The notes under the pieces: model-generated
Databases searched by the model: none
What the model was told of the DNA's origin: nothing
The model's input: the letters and a program-made list of their open reading frames with translations, nothing else
Part shown: positions 1-10,836 of the stretch, in pieces
Layout of the letters: each line of letters starts with the position of its first letter
How positions within the stretch are numbered: position 1 is the first letter of the stretch
Source of the DNA: Marsupella aquatica
Lineage: Eukaryota > Plantae > Marchantiophyta
Direction: 5' to 3'
Length of the DNA: 64,000 nucleotides
NCBI GenBank assembly: GCA_973895155.1
Contig: OZ316895.1
Location: forward strand, 18,774,508-18,838,507
Translations under genes and position numbers: made by a program

Positions 1-87
1 TGCAAGCAATGAGAGTTGCTTACCATTCTCCTGAGTTTGAGATCGAAGATCACTAATCAACCTCTTTTGCTTGACATTCTCATTCTT
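1..87 (-). mobile_element. Inverted LINE ORF1 fragment (5' inversion of LINE copy 1), continues beyond window start
   Basis: 1-87 is the reverse complement of 1060-1146 (LINE ORF1) and joins the ORF2 3' part through TTCTT microhomology. Confidence 0.9.
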
Positions 88-933
88 GAGATGGAGCTTG
101 GGATCAAGTCACAAACCCCATATGCACTTACACTTGCAGAGGCAGGCTTGTTTCCTTTGGAGGTGGAGGCACTCTTCCACACACTCAAATACATCATGCG
201 TGTAAGAGAGTTGGAGGAAAACAGATTTCCTTTTCATGCCTTGCGCTCATCTTCAGCTAAAGGGTGGTATGCAGATGTGTGCAGGTGGGCCCATGCTTGG
301 GATTTTCCTGAACATGAATGGCCAACACACCCAACCAAGCTAAGAGCAAAACTTGAGCAAAAGGCTTTGCACAAACTTTGGCATGAACCTAGCCCACGGC
401 AGCAATACTACATGAGAGATGTGAACCCCATGAAGAAATATCGAGAACAAGAATACTTATCTAGCACTATCTCAGTACAACTTAGACAACTTATTGCTCA
501 GTATAGACTAAGCTCACACCACCTTGAAGTAGAACAAGGGAGATGGAAGGATATTGACAGGAAAAAGAGGGTTTGTCAACTATGTGATAGCTCTAGTATA
601 GAGAATGAATATCATGTATTCATTGCTTGCAAGTTTTATGAGGGGGTTAGGATGGCATCTCAAATCTTGGTGAAAGATTTGTATGCATTGTTTGGTCTGC
701 CCCCTCAACAACTTGGAAGATATATCTTTGCGGTGGATAGGGAAAGGAGAATAGGTTTGGAAAATCTTTCAGGGCTCTCTAGGTCCATAGTTTCTTTGAG
801 GACATAGTTGTCCTCTTCTGAGCAATCTCTTTTGGTTGCTCTTTTCTTTGATTGCATTGTACTTTACTTTTTGTGGCAGCTCCTTTGACTTTCATGGTCC
901 CGGAGCTTATAATACATTACCATTACCATTACC
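83..933 (+). mobile_element. LINE copy 1, 5'-truncated (ORF2 C-terminus, 3'UTR, CATTAC tail)
   Basis: Near-identical to 31614-32487; C-terminal R-x-C-x2-C...E-x-E-x-H-x4-C zinc finger; ends TACATTACCATTACCATTACC. Confidence 0.95.
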
Positions 934-945
934 AGTTTCAGCTTT

Positions 946-1719
946 GTGATGGCAACGGAGGAGATTGCCCATCTCAAGGCTTTGCTTGAGAAAATCTTAG
1001 TTGTGGTTGAAAACTCCGCAATTGAGATTACCACACTCAGCAAGGAGGTGACGGAGCTAAAGAATGAGAATGTCAAGCAAAAGAGGTTGATTAGTGATCT
1101 TCGATCTCAAACTCAGGAGAATGGTAAGCAACTCTCATTGCTTGCATCGTGTTTTGGAGACATGGAGAAGAGTATGTGCCCAGAGAAATCAGTGATACAT
1201 GAGGCTGTAGGGGAGATTGAGGAAAAGCTCAAAACCTTTGCACAGGCTGCAAAACAATCACATATGGAATTTGTCCAAGCCAAGGAGGAGGAGAGGAGAG
1301 CACTAGAGGAAGAACACAAGAACCAGCATGCAAGAGTCAGCAACTGCAAAATATCAGGCCTTGTTGAGGAGGAGAAGGAAGACACCAAGAAGGTAGCAAT
1401 TTCATTCTTCCAATCTCAGATGAAAGTGCATGACCCTATCATTTTGCAAGCATATAGGATTGGGCAAAAGAAGTGGGACCTTCCACGTCCAATCTTGGTG
1501 AAGTTTGCAGCTGAATCCGAGAAAGCTAGAGTGATGGCTAACAGGAGCATGCTTAAAGGGCTAAGGATTTGGTTGGATGATGATCTGACTCCCACACAAG
1601 TCCAAGCAAGGAAAATTGAGCTTGAGAAGGTGAGGGTAGCCAAAGACCAAGGATTGGTAGCCTACTTGCGCAATGGACAAGCTGTTGTTACCAATAAGAA
1701 GAGAGTTGTTTCTAAATGA
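946..1719 (+). CDS. LINE ORF1 (coiled coil plus RRM/CTD-like L1 ORF1p-type region)
   Basis: 257 aa; heptad-rich N-terminus, then ISGLVE, AYRIG, PRPILVKF and IWLDDDLTP motifs typical of non-LTR ORF1; directly upstream of the APE domain. Confidence 0.88.
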   Translation: MMATEEIAHLKALLEKILVVVENSAIEITTLSKEVTELKNENVKQKRLISDLRSQTQENGKQLSLLASCFGDMEKSMCPEKSVIHEAVGEIEEKLKTFAQAAKQSHMEFVQAKEEERRALEEEHKNQHARVSNCKISGLVEEEKEDTKKVAISFFQSQMKVHDPIILQAYRIGQKKWDLPRPILVKFAAESEKARVMANRSMLKGLRIWLDDDLTPTQVQARKIELEKVRVAKDQGLVAYLRNGQAVVTNKKRVVSK

Positions 1720-1731
1720 TGGATCGGGACC

Positions 1732-2580
1732 TTGAGAGTCATGGCATGGAATGTTTCAGGACTTTCCATAGAAACAGCAATTGGAGGGGAACCTTTGTTT
1801 GAGAATTTTGACATCTTGCTTTTCACGGAGACTTGGGAATATGAGGGAAATGCTCTACCTAGCATTAAAGGCTTTACTTGCATACAATCCATCTTCAATG
1901 AGAAGAAGACCACACGGGGAAGAGGGTTTGGAGGCATTGCTGTCTACACCAAGAATCAACTTCAACACATCACCTCTATTGAGCATGAAGATCCCAGCAA
2001 GCAGTTCATGGTGGTGAGACTTCATACCAGAGGTACTCCATCATTTCTGATTGTCACCTACTTTGCTCCCCTTAATATGAATGTCTATAAGATGGGAATT
2101 GCTGATGCACATTATCCATTTCATAGGTTAATCCAAGTCATTCATGATATATCACCACTAGGGGAGACATGGATAGTGGGGGACTTTAATGCCAGGGTAT
2201 CTAATGAACAATTTACTGAAAGTGAGGACTTAGGAACTTTACCTTGGTCATCATGTAGTGAAGAGCTACCTTGGGTGAGAGAGGCTCTTGACACCAGAAC
2301 AAATGACATGACACGTCACTTTTTGCATTTGGGAGCTTCTTGTAATCTAAGAATATTGAATGGGCTTGAGAGATTTCCCCAATCATCTGGTTACACTTTT
2401 AGATCTAAACAAGGATGTAGTACCATTGATTACCTTCTTGCCACACCTACCTCTGCCACTAGAGTGGTTGACTTTCAAATACTTGATCAACAACCAGAGT
2501 CTTCACACTTGCCTTTGTTGTTCCATCTTGACCTGACCACAATCCCAAACAAAGTGCATAGAAAGCCAGTACCCAAACCT
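1732..2580 (+). pseudogene. LINE copy 2 ORF2 5' half (APE endonuclease), broken at 2580
   Basis: WNVSGL, LFTETW, VGDFNAR, STIDY and ESSHLPL APE motifs; matches 29143-29991, then switches to unrelated sequence. Confidence 0.92.
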
Positions 2581-3422
2581 TCCGCAGCGGTCGCCTTCCA
2601 CAGGGATTGCCTTCACAACTCCAATGTCACCTTTCGTAGTAGCAAACAATTGCCTCCCTGCTCAGCCTCCTTTGAATGCCTCCGCAAGCTTAAGGACCCA
2701 ATGCAGTCCACCTTCTACAGCGATTGCCTTCCGCAGGGATTGCCTTCCTTAGCAATTTCCTTCCATAGTCCACCTTCTGATTGCAGCAATCACCTTCCGT
2801 AGGAGCATGCAGGTCCACCTTCCGCAGCAGCAGGTTGGTCACTTGAGGATTTGTTGAACTTGGAACCTTAGCTCTCCTCCCACCAAACTCCCACCACTAT
2901 TCGACCACACAAGCTTTCGTGCGTGAAAAAGCAATGCCGCAAAGCTCCAACTTTGGAGCTTATGACAGACCTTTGCAACCGCAATGGCGCAAAGCTCCTC
3001 CCTCAGCTTATGATAGACCTCGGCACCTCAGCACCTTCCCAGATCATAGCTCCTCCCCTCAACACCTCCCCTCAGCACCTCCCAGACCGCAACTCACTGA
3101 AAACCTAAGCACTCAGGAGTGCCCTCGACAATGTTGTTGTTGTGTTGCATATTGCCATTTTGCGCAACATTTCTCATAAGGAATGGAATGACCTAGCACT
3201 CAGGACTACCCTGGACATTGCCGTCGCGCTCCACATTGCCCTGCTGCATGACATTTCTTGGTAGAAATGGAGTAGACCAAGGTTGGCTACTTCTGTGTCC
3301 TCCCCGTAGCTTTGTTGTAACAGAATGCGGGAATACTCCCATTCACATGTGATAGTCCTCCCACAATGCAAGGCGTCATCTCAGTCGTCGGCATTTGTGT
3401 AGGTGCCAACAAGAAGGTTAAG

Positions 3423-3918
3423 ACGTCTCCAGTTTCGCGATTCTGAGCTCGGGGCGAAATTTCACTTCGAGTTGGAAGGGCAATCAGCTGCGGTTTGAGC
3501 TCAAATTTTGCCAGAGCATTGGAAACAGCAAGAATGTATCACTGGCAAAGTTAGAGCTACAACCGACATCGTTTGATATGCACTTTAGCATGCACGATCT
3601 GTTACGTCTCCAGTTTCGCGATTCTGAGCTCGGGGCGAAATTTCACTTCGAGTTGGAAGGGAAATCGGCTGCGGTTTAAGCTCAGACTTTGCCAGAGCAT
3701 TGGAAACAGCGAGAATGTATCACTGGCAAAGTTAGAGCTGCAACCGACATCGTTTGGTATGCACTTTAGCATGCGCGATCTGCTACGTCTCCAGTTTCGC
3801 GATTCTGAGCTCGGGGCGAAATTTCACTTTGAGTTGGAAGGGCAATCGGCTGCGGTTTGAGCTCAGATTTTTCCAGAGCATTGGAAACAGCAAGAATGTA
3901 TCACTGGCAAAGTTAGAG
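3423..3918. repeat. 181-bp tandem repeat, about 2.7 copies
   Basis: ACGTCTCCAGTTTCGCGATTCTGAGCTCGGGGCG recurs at 3423, 3604 and 3785. Confidence 0.92.
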
Positions 3919-3921
3919 TTG

Positions 3922-4935
3922 GTCATTTGTTCTGGTGTCAAGAGCCTCTCTCACCCAAGGTATCTCTTCACTACATGATGACCAAGGTAAAGTTCCTAAG
4001 TCCTCACTTTCAGTAAATTGTTCATTTGGGGAGCAGGTGTGTCTAAATCTGGGTGACAACAGATTGAGGGGCTGCAAAAGCTATTTCTTGAGATGGAGCT
4101 TGGGATCAAGTCACAAACCCCATATGCATTTACACTTGCAGAGGCAGGCTTGTTTCCTTTGGAGGTGGAGGCATTCTTCCACACACTCAAATACATCATG
4201 CGTGTAAGAGAGTTGGAGGAAAACAGATTTCCTTTTCATGCCTTGCGCTCATCTTCAGCTAAAGGGTGGTATGTAGATGTGTGCAGGTGGGCCCATGCTT
4301 GGGATTTTCCTGAACATGAATGGCCAACACACCCAACCAAGCTAAGAGCAAAACTTGAGCAAAAGGCTTTGCACAAACTTTGGCATGAACCTAGCCCACG
4401 GCAGCAATACTACATGAGAGATGTGAACCCCATGAAGAAATATCGAGAACAAGAATACTTATCTAGCACTATCTCAGTACAACTTAGACAACTTATTGCT
4501 TAGTATAGACTAAGCTCACACCACCTTGAAGTAGAACAAGGGAGATGGAAGGATATTGACAGGAAAAAGAGGGTTTGTCAACTATGTGATAGCTCTAGTA
4601 TAGAGAATGAATATCATGTATTCATTGCTTGCAAGTTTTATGAGGGGGTTAGGATGGCATCTCAAATCTTGGTGAAAGATTTGTATGCATTGTTTGGTCT
4701 GCCCCCTCAACAACTTGGAAGATATATCTTTGCGGTGGATAGGGAAAGGAGAATAGGTTTGGAAAATCTTTCAGGGCTCTCTAGGTCCATAGTTTCTTTG
4801 AGGACATAGTTGTCCTCTTCTGAGCAATCTCTTTTGGTTGCTCTTTTCTTTGATTGCATTGTACTTTACTTTTTGTGGCAGCTCCTTTGACTTTCATGGT
4901 CCCGGAGCTTATAATACATTACCATTACCATTACC
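3922..4935 (+). mobile_element. LINE copy with 5' inversion: about 105 bp of inverted APE region (3922-4026) plus 3' fragment and tail
   Basis: 3922-4026 is the reverse complement of the ORF2 SNEQFTES...RTND segment; from 4024 it is the sense ORF2 3' end, with a CAG>TAG stop at 4501 and a CATTAC tail. Confidence 0.92.
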
Positions 4936-4989
4936 ACATTGACCCTAAACCCATAACCCAGCCCTCATTTAAATAAATTAATCCTTCAT

Positions 4990-6596
4990 GGGAGGTGAGG
5001 GTGTTGTGGATTATACAAGTGTAATTAACTATGTAACGGCCATGTAATCCAAGATAGGTTATGTCTGAAAAAATATATCCATGCATGAACACAATTTTGG
5101 ACTACCTTATTAGTCTCACCATATGATAGTGATACTCATCCAAATGTTAGCATTTAATAGCTCTCCACTTGTGACTGAAATGAGAGAAACCCTCTTGATG
5201 ACTCAAGCACATTTCTAGGGCAACTATTAGTTTCATAGACATGATACGTATAGTATGTGTACTTTTGTACGAGCCCTTGCCGACACCCTCGTCTGGCCCC
5301 TTCCCAGGCCCCTTACGCATGACCACTACATATGAGGCTATGTTGTCTAGGAGTTTTTGAGAGCATTACACCAAAGCATTAACAAGTGAGCCTTCCCATG
5401 ACTATATGACCTCCAATATGCCAACATTAATGGATTCCAAAATGACAGCATGAGTGACCCCACGTTTAGTCATTCAGATTGAAGCACCACTTAATTCACA
5501 AATGACCCAATGAACTCCCTTGTACCCCCCAATAGCCTTTGTAAAGATCACATTTCCAGTCATTTGGTACTTCTGACCTCTAGTATGACAACCAAGATGA
5601 CCCTAATTTGAGGTGTTTTCATTAATGACACACCATGAAGGACCTCTCTAATGACCATGTATGCAGTCATTTGGTCCAAATGACCTCCAATATGACTACC
5701 AAAATGACCCTTACTATAGTCATTGGCATTAATGACACACCATTATGTGAAAATGACCCAATGAAGATTACACTACCTCTTGGAGTGCCCCCTTACAATT
5801 CCTTTGCAATTTAATAGAATATATTCAACATTCAAATATTGGCACAAACATGACATAGTTATATAGAAGGACTTAGTCTTCCACTAGTATTGCACTATAT
5901 ACCTCTTGGAGAGACAAAAACAATTGTTGTTTGCCTTTGGATAGGATGGTATGCATGCATGGTGACACTTTTGGCAAATCACTCCAAAGTTGTATGACTT
6001 GGGAGTGATTTTCCCAAAGTTCCATTGTGCCTAAAGTAAACGCAAAAACACGGCTCCAAAGTGCTAATGGTGTAACTAGTGGTTGGAGAATAATAAATAT
6101 AGTATTTCGCACCTAGTGGAGGGGTTGCGAGCTCTATGTGTGGCCACATGGCACTCTAGGGCCGACCTCCAGCCCTTAGCCCAAAATTGGTCATTCATGC
6201 TTGTCTTCAATGACAGCACTAGGGACCTTTCAAATGACAAAAAGTTCAGTCATTTGACTTATATGACATCCCATATGACTAATTCAATGACCCTACTTGT
6301 AGTCATTGGCACTTATGACAACACTTTGTTAAAAAATGACCCAATGAAGGTCCTAGTACCTCAAGAAGAGTCTGCTCTAGATTCCTTGCAAAATTGGAAT
6401 ATTCCTATACCTTTAACCAACACACACACCATAGAGGGAAGCACCACTACCACGCCCATTCCATTGGTGTTGCACTACCTCTTGGAGAAACAAAACAAAT
6501 GGCTCCATTTGCCTTTGGAACATAAGATATTCATCCATGATGGTGCTTTTGGTAAATCACTCCAATGTTGTATGACTTGGGAGTGATTTCCCCAAG
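4990..6596. repeat. Degenerate ~575-bp tandem repeat (left part; probably internal to the CACTA element ending at 38910)
   Basis: TATGACTTGGGAGTGATTT recurs at 5993 and 6571; the array continues in register at 36811 after removing the 6597-36805 insertion. Confidence 0.8.
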
Positions 6597-7247
6597 TGTG
6601 GTGCATTTCCCAACCCTCTAACCCCAAGAACAATCCACAACCGGCTATGAACCCCTACTTATGGTCGGCTTATGGTGCTTTAGCTGTCATTCGGCTTGGA
6701 AACGCGGTCTACTCTCGATCCACACTATGCTGGACCGATTCTTTCATTGGGCTTGCAAATTGTGTATTGCTGAGACGCCTAATTCTCAATTGACTTTGTC
6801 GGGTATGTTTGTATTCCGCCCCCGAAATGTACCTCTACGGCTTAATCTCTTAAGCGGGCTGAAGGTTTTTCTCAGACCGACTCAACCCACACTTTAACCA
6901 ACAAAACACTCTCAATCCTCAATTTTCTCTCAGAGTTTGGTTTGGCAGTCTCCAATCAAGACAATGCAATCGTATAGCTTTGCAGTCGCTCCATCTGACT
7001 CAAATCGATCAAGCGACAAGTATCACAACACACAATGCCATGACTGAAAGAATCTGCGAACTAGGCAACAAGGCCAACTCAATTCAAACAATTGCACAGA
7101 AATGGAAATTGTGGTTTATTGATAATCCGCGATCTAGATTTAGCCGAGAGGTTATGCTAGTAATACTGAACACTAGAGTCTTGACTAAGAAAAAGCCCCC
7201 CGAGCCACATTGCCCAAGTTTTTATCCTTGCAGCGCATCCAGGGGAA

Positions 7248-7365
7248 CCACAAATTCGGCCTTCCACCGCATTCCGAACCACAAATTGATTCCAAACCAC
7301 AAATCGGTTCCGATCATTCCGAACCACAAATTGATTCCGAACCACAAATCACGGCCTTCCACCGC
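7248..7365. repeat. Short 18-bp tandem repeats (ATTCCGAACCACAAATTG)
   Basis: About 4-5 copies, flanked by CGGCCTTCCACCGC direct repeats. Confidence 0.8.
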
Positions 7366-8337
7366 AAAAATCCAGCTAATTAACTAACACCTAACAAAAT
7401 TTGACTAACCCAAAACCTTGCGGGAATCAAGCATCTAACACTACCTAAGCCAACAGGGCGCTACTTGCCCTGTCCCATCCTACAACGGCCTCGCCCTTCT
7501 GGACCAAGCCCTAGCTTCTCCTACCGCCACGTCCTCCTTCCAACCGATGACTGGCCCTCCTTAATTGTCAGATGACCGGCGGTAAGCCCGAATCTTCCGA
7601 CTCTGCACCTTCTCCTGCCATCGGCTCCGGCTTGATCCCTTTGGCTTCCTCAACCTCGGGTTCTTATTTATTGGCCCCGACATCGGCAGTGGCAGCGGCA
7701 TCTTCCCTGGGAAACGGCTTGGACAGCGTTGGCCTTTACTTCCTCAATCCAAGCCTGCTCTCCAATCCGTTCGGTATCGATCTTCCATGGCTTCACATTC
7801 TGGTAGTCCATGGTGGCTATACCGGTGTCTGAACTTGTTACCGCAGCTCCAAGTTCATCGGCATTACTTATCTCTACCATGACTGCCTTCATAGCAACAG
7901 TCCCACAAATATGAGCGGCCATACTCTCAACCTCCTCCGGAGTGGCCTTGAGAGGTACCCCAACAGTACTTGCTGGCCCCATGAATGTTTTGGCCAGATC
8001 CGCAACCAACAGCATTGCCTTACCCCCAGTTACCCTTGACAATATTGATGTCAGCTTCGGCACCTCAATATTCCTGACTACCATGCCACTAGCGGGAGAC
8101 CGTCCAGTTGGTGATCCGTGCCCGGCTTTGGCATACTTCCGCAACTTCTCTGTTTGATTATCTGCACGCCTCTGCAAGCCGATCATGTTGTCTTTGTCCT
8201 CCTCCAGCTCTTGGGATAAATCCTCAACTTCTTCATTAAGCCAATGCACCTCATCCTTGGCGCTTTGAGCTCTTGTTTAAGATCTGCACGATCTCAAACT
8301 CCTTCTTATCCAAAGTGGCTTTCTAGGAATCGTTGAT

Positions 8338-10836
8338 GAAAGCCAGTACCCAAACCTCTGTTTCTAGACCCTGATAGAGAAGTCATCTTCAAAGCCAACT
8401 TTGAACATCTTCTCCATACCCTGGATGATCAGATTGAGCTCTCAGAAGTCATAGTACAAGCAGCAACCTCTACTTTCTCCACCAAACCCCCTAGAAAGCA
8501 AAACATGAAGGCTTGGTTTGACGAGGATTGTGCTAGAGCAAGGATGCAAGCAAGATCACATTCAGGGGAAAAGAGACTTTTGGCATTCACTATGTACAAG
8601 AACTTCATCAAACACAAGAAGAGGTGCTTCTTGAAGAGTCATCAACAATCACTATGTGAGGAGTTCATCAAACATCCAAAACGTTTTTGGGAGAGAATGC
8701 AATCAGGCAAGACTACTCCCCCCTTGGATCACCAGGACCTGGTAACCTATGTCACATCCTTGTATTTCTTTCCAGATGCTAGTGGCATGCCTTTGCCCCT
8801 TGGGGACACCATTCAGTTTACAGAGAGGGAGGTGAAGGTGCATCTTTCCCACATGCAACATGGGAAAGCTAAAGATCTGTTGGGCCTGAACTTGGAGCTT
8901 CTTTTGTGGGGAGGACCCTCTTTATTAACAAACTTGGTGCATGAGCTGAATCAAGCAATGGCTTTAGGTTTACCTAAAGCTTGGATGACCAGAAGAGTGG
9001 TGCCTATCTTCAAGGCAGGCAACAAGGACGATGTGCACAACTACAGAACCATCATGGTAGGCAATACTTTTGCTAAAGTTTTGGGAGGACTACTTGAAGC
9101 CAGATTAAGCTCTTGGTTGGAGAGTGAGATGAAAAGGGCACCTTCACAAGCAGGTTTTAGGAGAGAATTCAGCACTATGGATCACATTCTCTGCTTGAGG
9201 GTGTTGTGTGAAAAGGCCAAATCTCCACATAAACCATTATTTTGCTTGTTTGTGGACTTCTCCAAGGCCTTTGACAAAGTTTCCCGATCCAAGCTTTGGG
9301 ATAGGATGGTGGAGTTGGAAGTGCCTGAAGAGCTCAGGTTGGCTGTTTCTAAATTGTACCAAGAAGTGCGCATCAAACTTTCAAAGGAAACCTCTGAAGA
9401 AATCTGGAGCACTCTTGGGGTGATCCAAGGTTGTCCTCTCTCACCAACTCTATTTGGCATCTTCATTGATCAGCTACACAACATTTTGGAGGAGCATGGT
9501 GGAGTTGGCACTCAATTGGGTAGTTTGTCCTCCAACTTCTTATATTTGCAGATGATGTGGTCCTACTTGCTCATGCTCAAGAAGCTTTGCAAAGACATCT
9601 CAATGCCTTGGAGGAGTTTTGTCAAGCAACAGGGATGGTAGTCAACCTCAAGAAGACCAAGTGTTTGGGCATTGGCACACGACAAAATCCAGAGCTCTAC
9701 TTCCAAGGGAATCTGGTGGAATTTGTGAGGACCTACAAATACCTTGGGGTGGAGTTCTCTCAAAACTTGAGTTGGGCCTCATGTGTAAAATCTAGGGCTG
9801 CCAATGGGTACAGAGCTTTTTATGCATTCATGAACAAATGCAAAAGAGCTGGTCTACACACTTGGAGGTTAAGGAAACATCTCTTTGGAGCTTTGGTGAA
9901 ACCAGTCATTCTTTATGGAGCACCAATTTGGGGAGCAGGTGTGTCTAAATCTGGGTGGCAACAGATTGAGGGGCTGCAAAAGCTATTTCTTGAGATGGAG
10001 CTTGGGATCAAGTCACAAACCCCATATACACTTACACTTGCAGAGGCAGGCTTGTTTCCTTTGGAGGTGGAGGCACTCTTCCACACACTCAAATACATCA
10101 TGCGTGTAAGAGAGTTGGAGGAAAACAGATTTCCTTTTCATGCCTTGCGCTCATCTTCAGCTAAAGGGTGGTATGCAGATGTGTGCAGGTGGGCCCATGC
10201 TTGGGATTTTCCTGAACATGAATGGCCAACACACCCAACCAAGCTAAGAGCAAAACTTGAGCAAAAGGCTTTGCACAAACTTTGGCATGAACCTAGCCCA
10301 CGGCAGCAATACTACATGAGAGATGTGAACCCCATGAAGAAATATCGAGAACAAGAATACTTATCTAGCACTATCTCAGTACAACTTAGACAACTTATTG
10401 CTCAGTATAGACTAAGCTCACACCACCTTGAAGTAGAACAAGGGAGATGGAAGGATATTGACAGGAAAAAGAGGGTTTGTCAGTTATGTGATAGCTCTAG
10501 TATAGAGAATGAATATCATGTATTCATTGCTTGCAAGTTTTATGAGGGGGTTAGGATGGCATCTCAAATCTTGGTGAAAGATTTGTATGCATTGTTTGGT
10601 CTGCCCCCTCAGCAACTTGGAAGATATATCTTTGCGGTGGATAGGGAAAGGAGAATAGGTTTGGAAAATCTTTCAGGGCTCTCTAGGTCCATAGTTTCTT
10701 TGAGGACATAGTTGTCCTCTTCTGAGCAATCTCTTTTGGTTGCTCTTTTCTTTGATTGCATTGTACTTTACTTTTTGTGGCAGCTCCTTTGACTTTCATG
10801 GTCCCGGAGCTTATAATACATTACCATTACCATTAC
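8338..10836 (+). mobile_element. LINE copy 3 (RT and zinc finger; 1-nt frameshift near 9522), inserted without TSD in the minus-strand TG..CA element
   Basis: QAGFR, FVDFSKAFD, GVIQGCPLSP and (F)ADD RT motifs; CATTAC tail; removing it restores a host frame reading ...DEVTKLEM|INDS... on the minus strand. Confidence 0.95.

Noticed and set aside
915-933. Telomeric repeat
   Set aside because: (CATTAC)n always follows the LINE 3'UTR, has only 3-4 units, and is not TTTAGGG-like.
5873-7387. Protein-coding ORFs (6083-6586, 6980-7387 and others)
   Set aside because: They lie in the tandem array or the non-coding end of the TG..CA element, with no motifs and no conserved frame between repeat units.
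2581-8337. A single 5.76-kb element inserted into a LINE with a 20-bp TSD
   Set aside because: The segment has no element termini and includes half of a TG..CA element that continues beyond the LINE at 10837.
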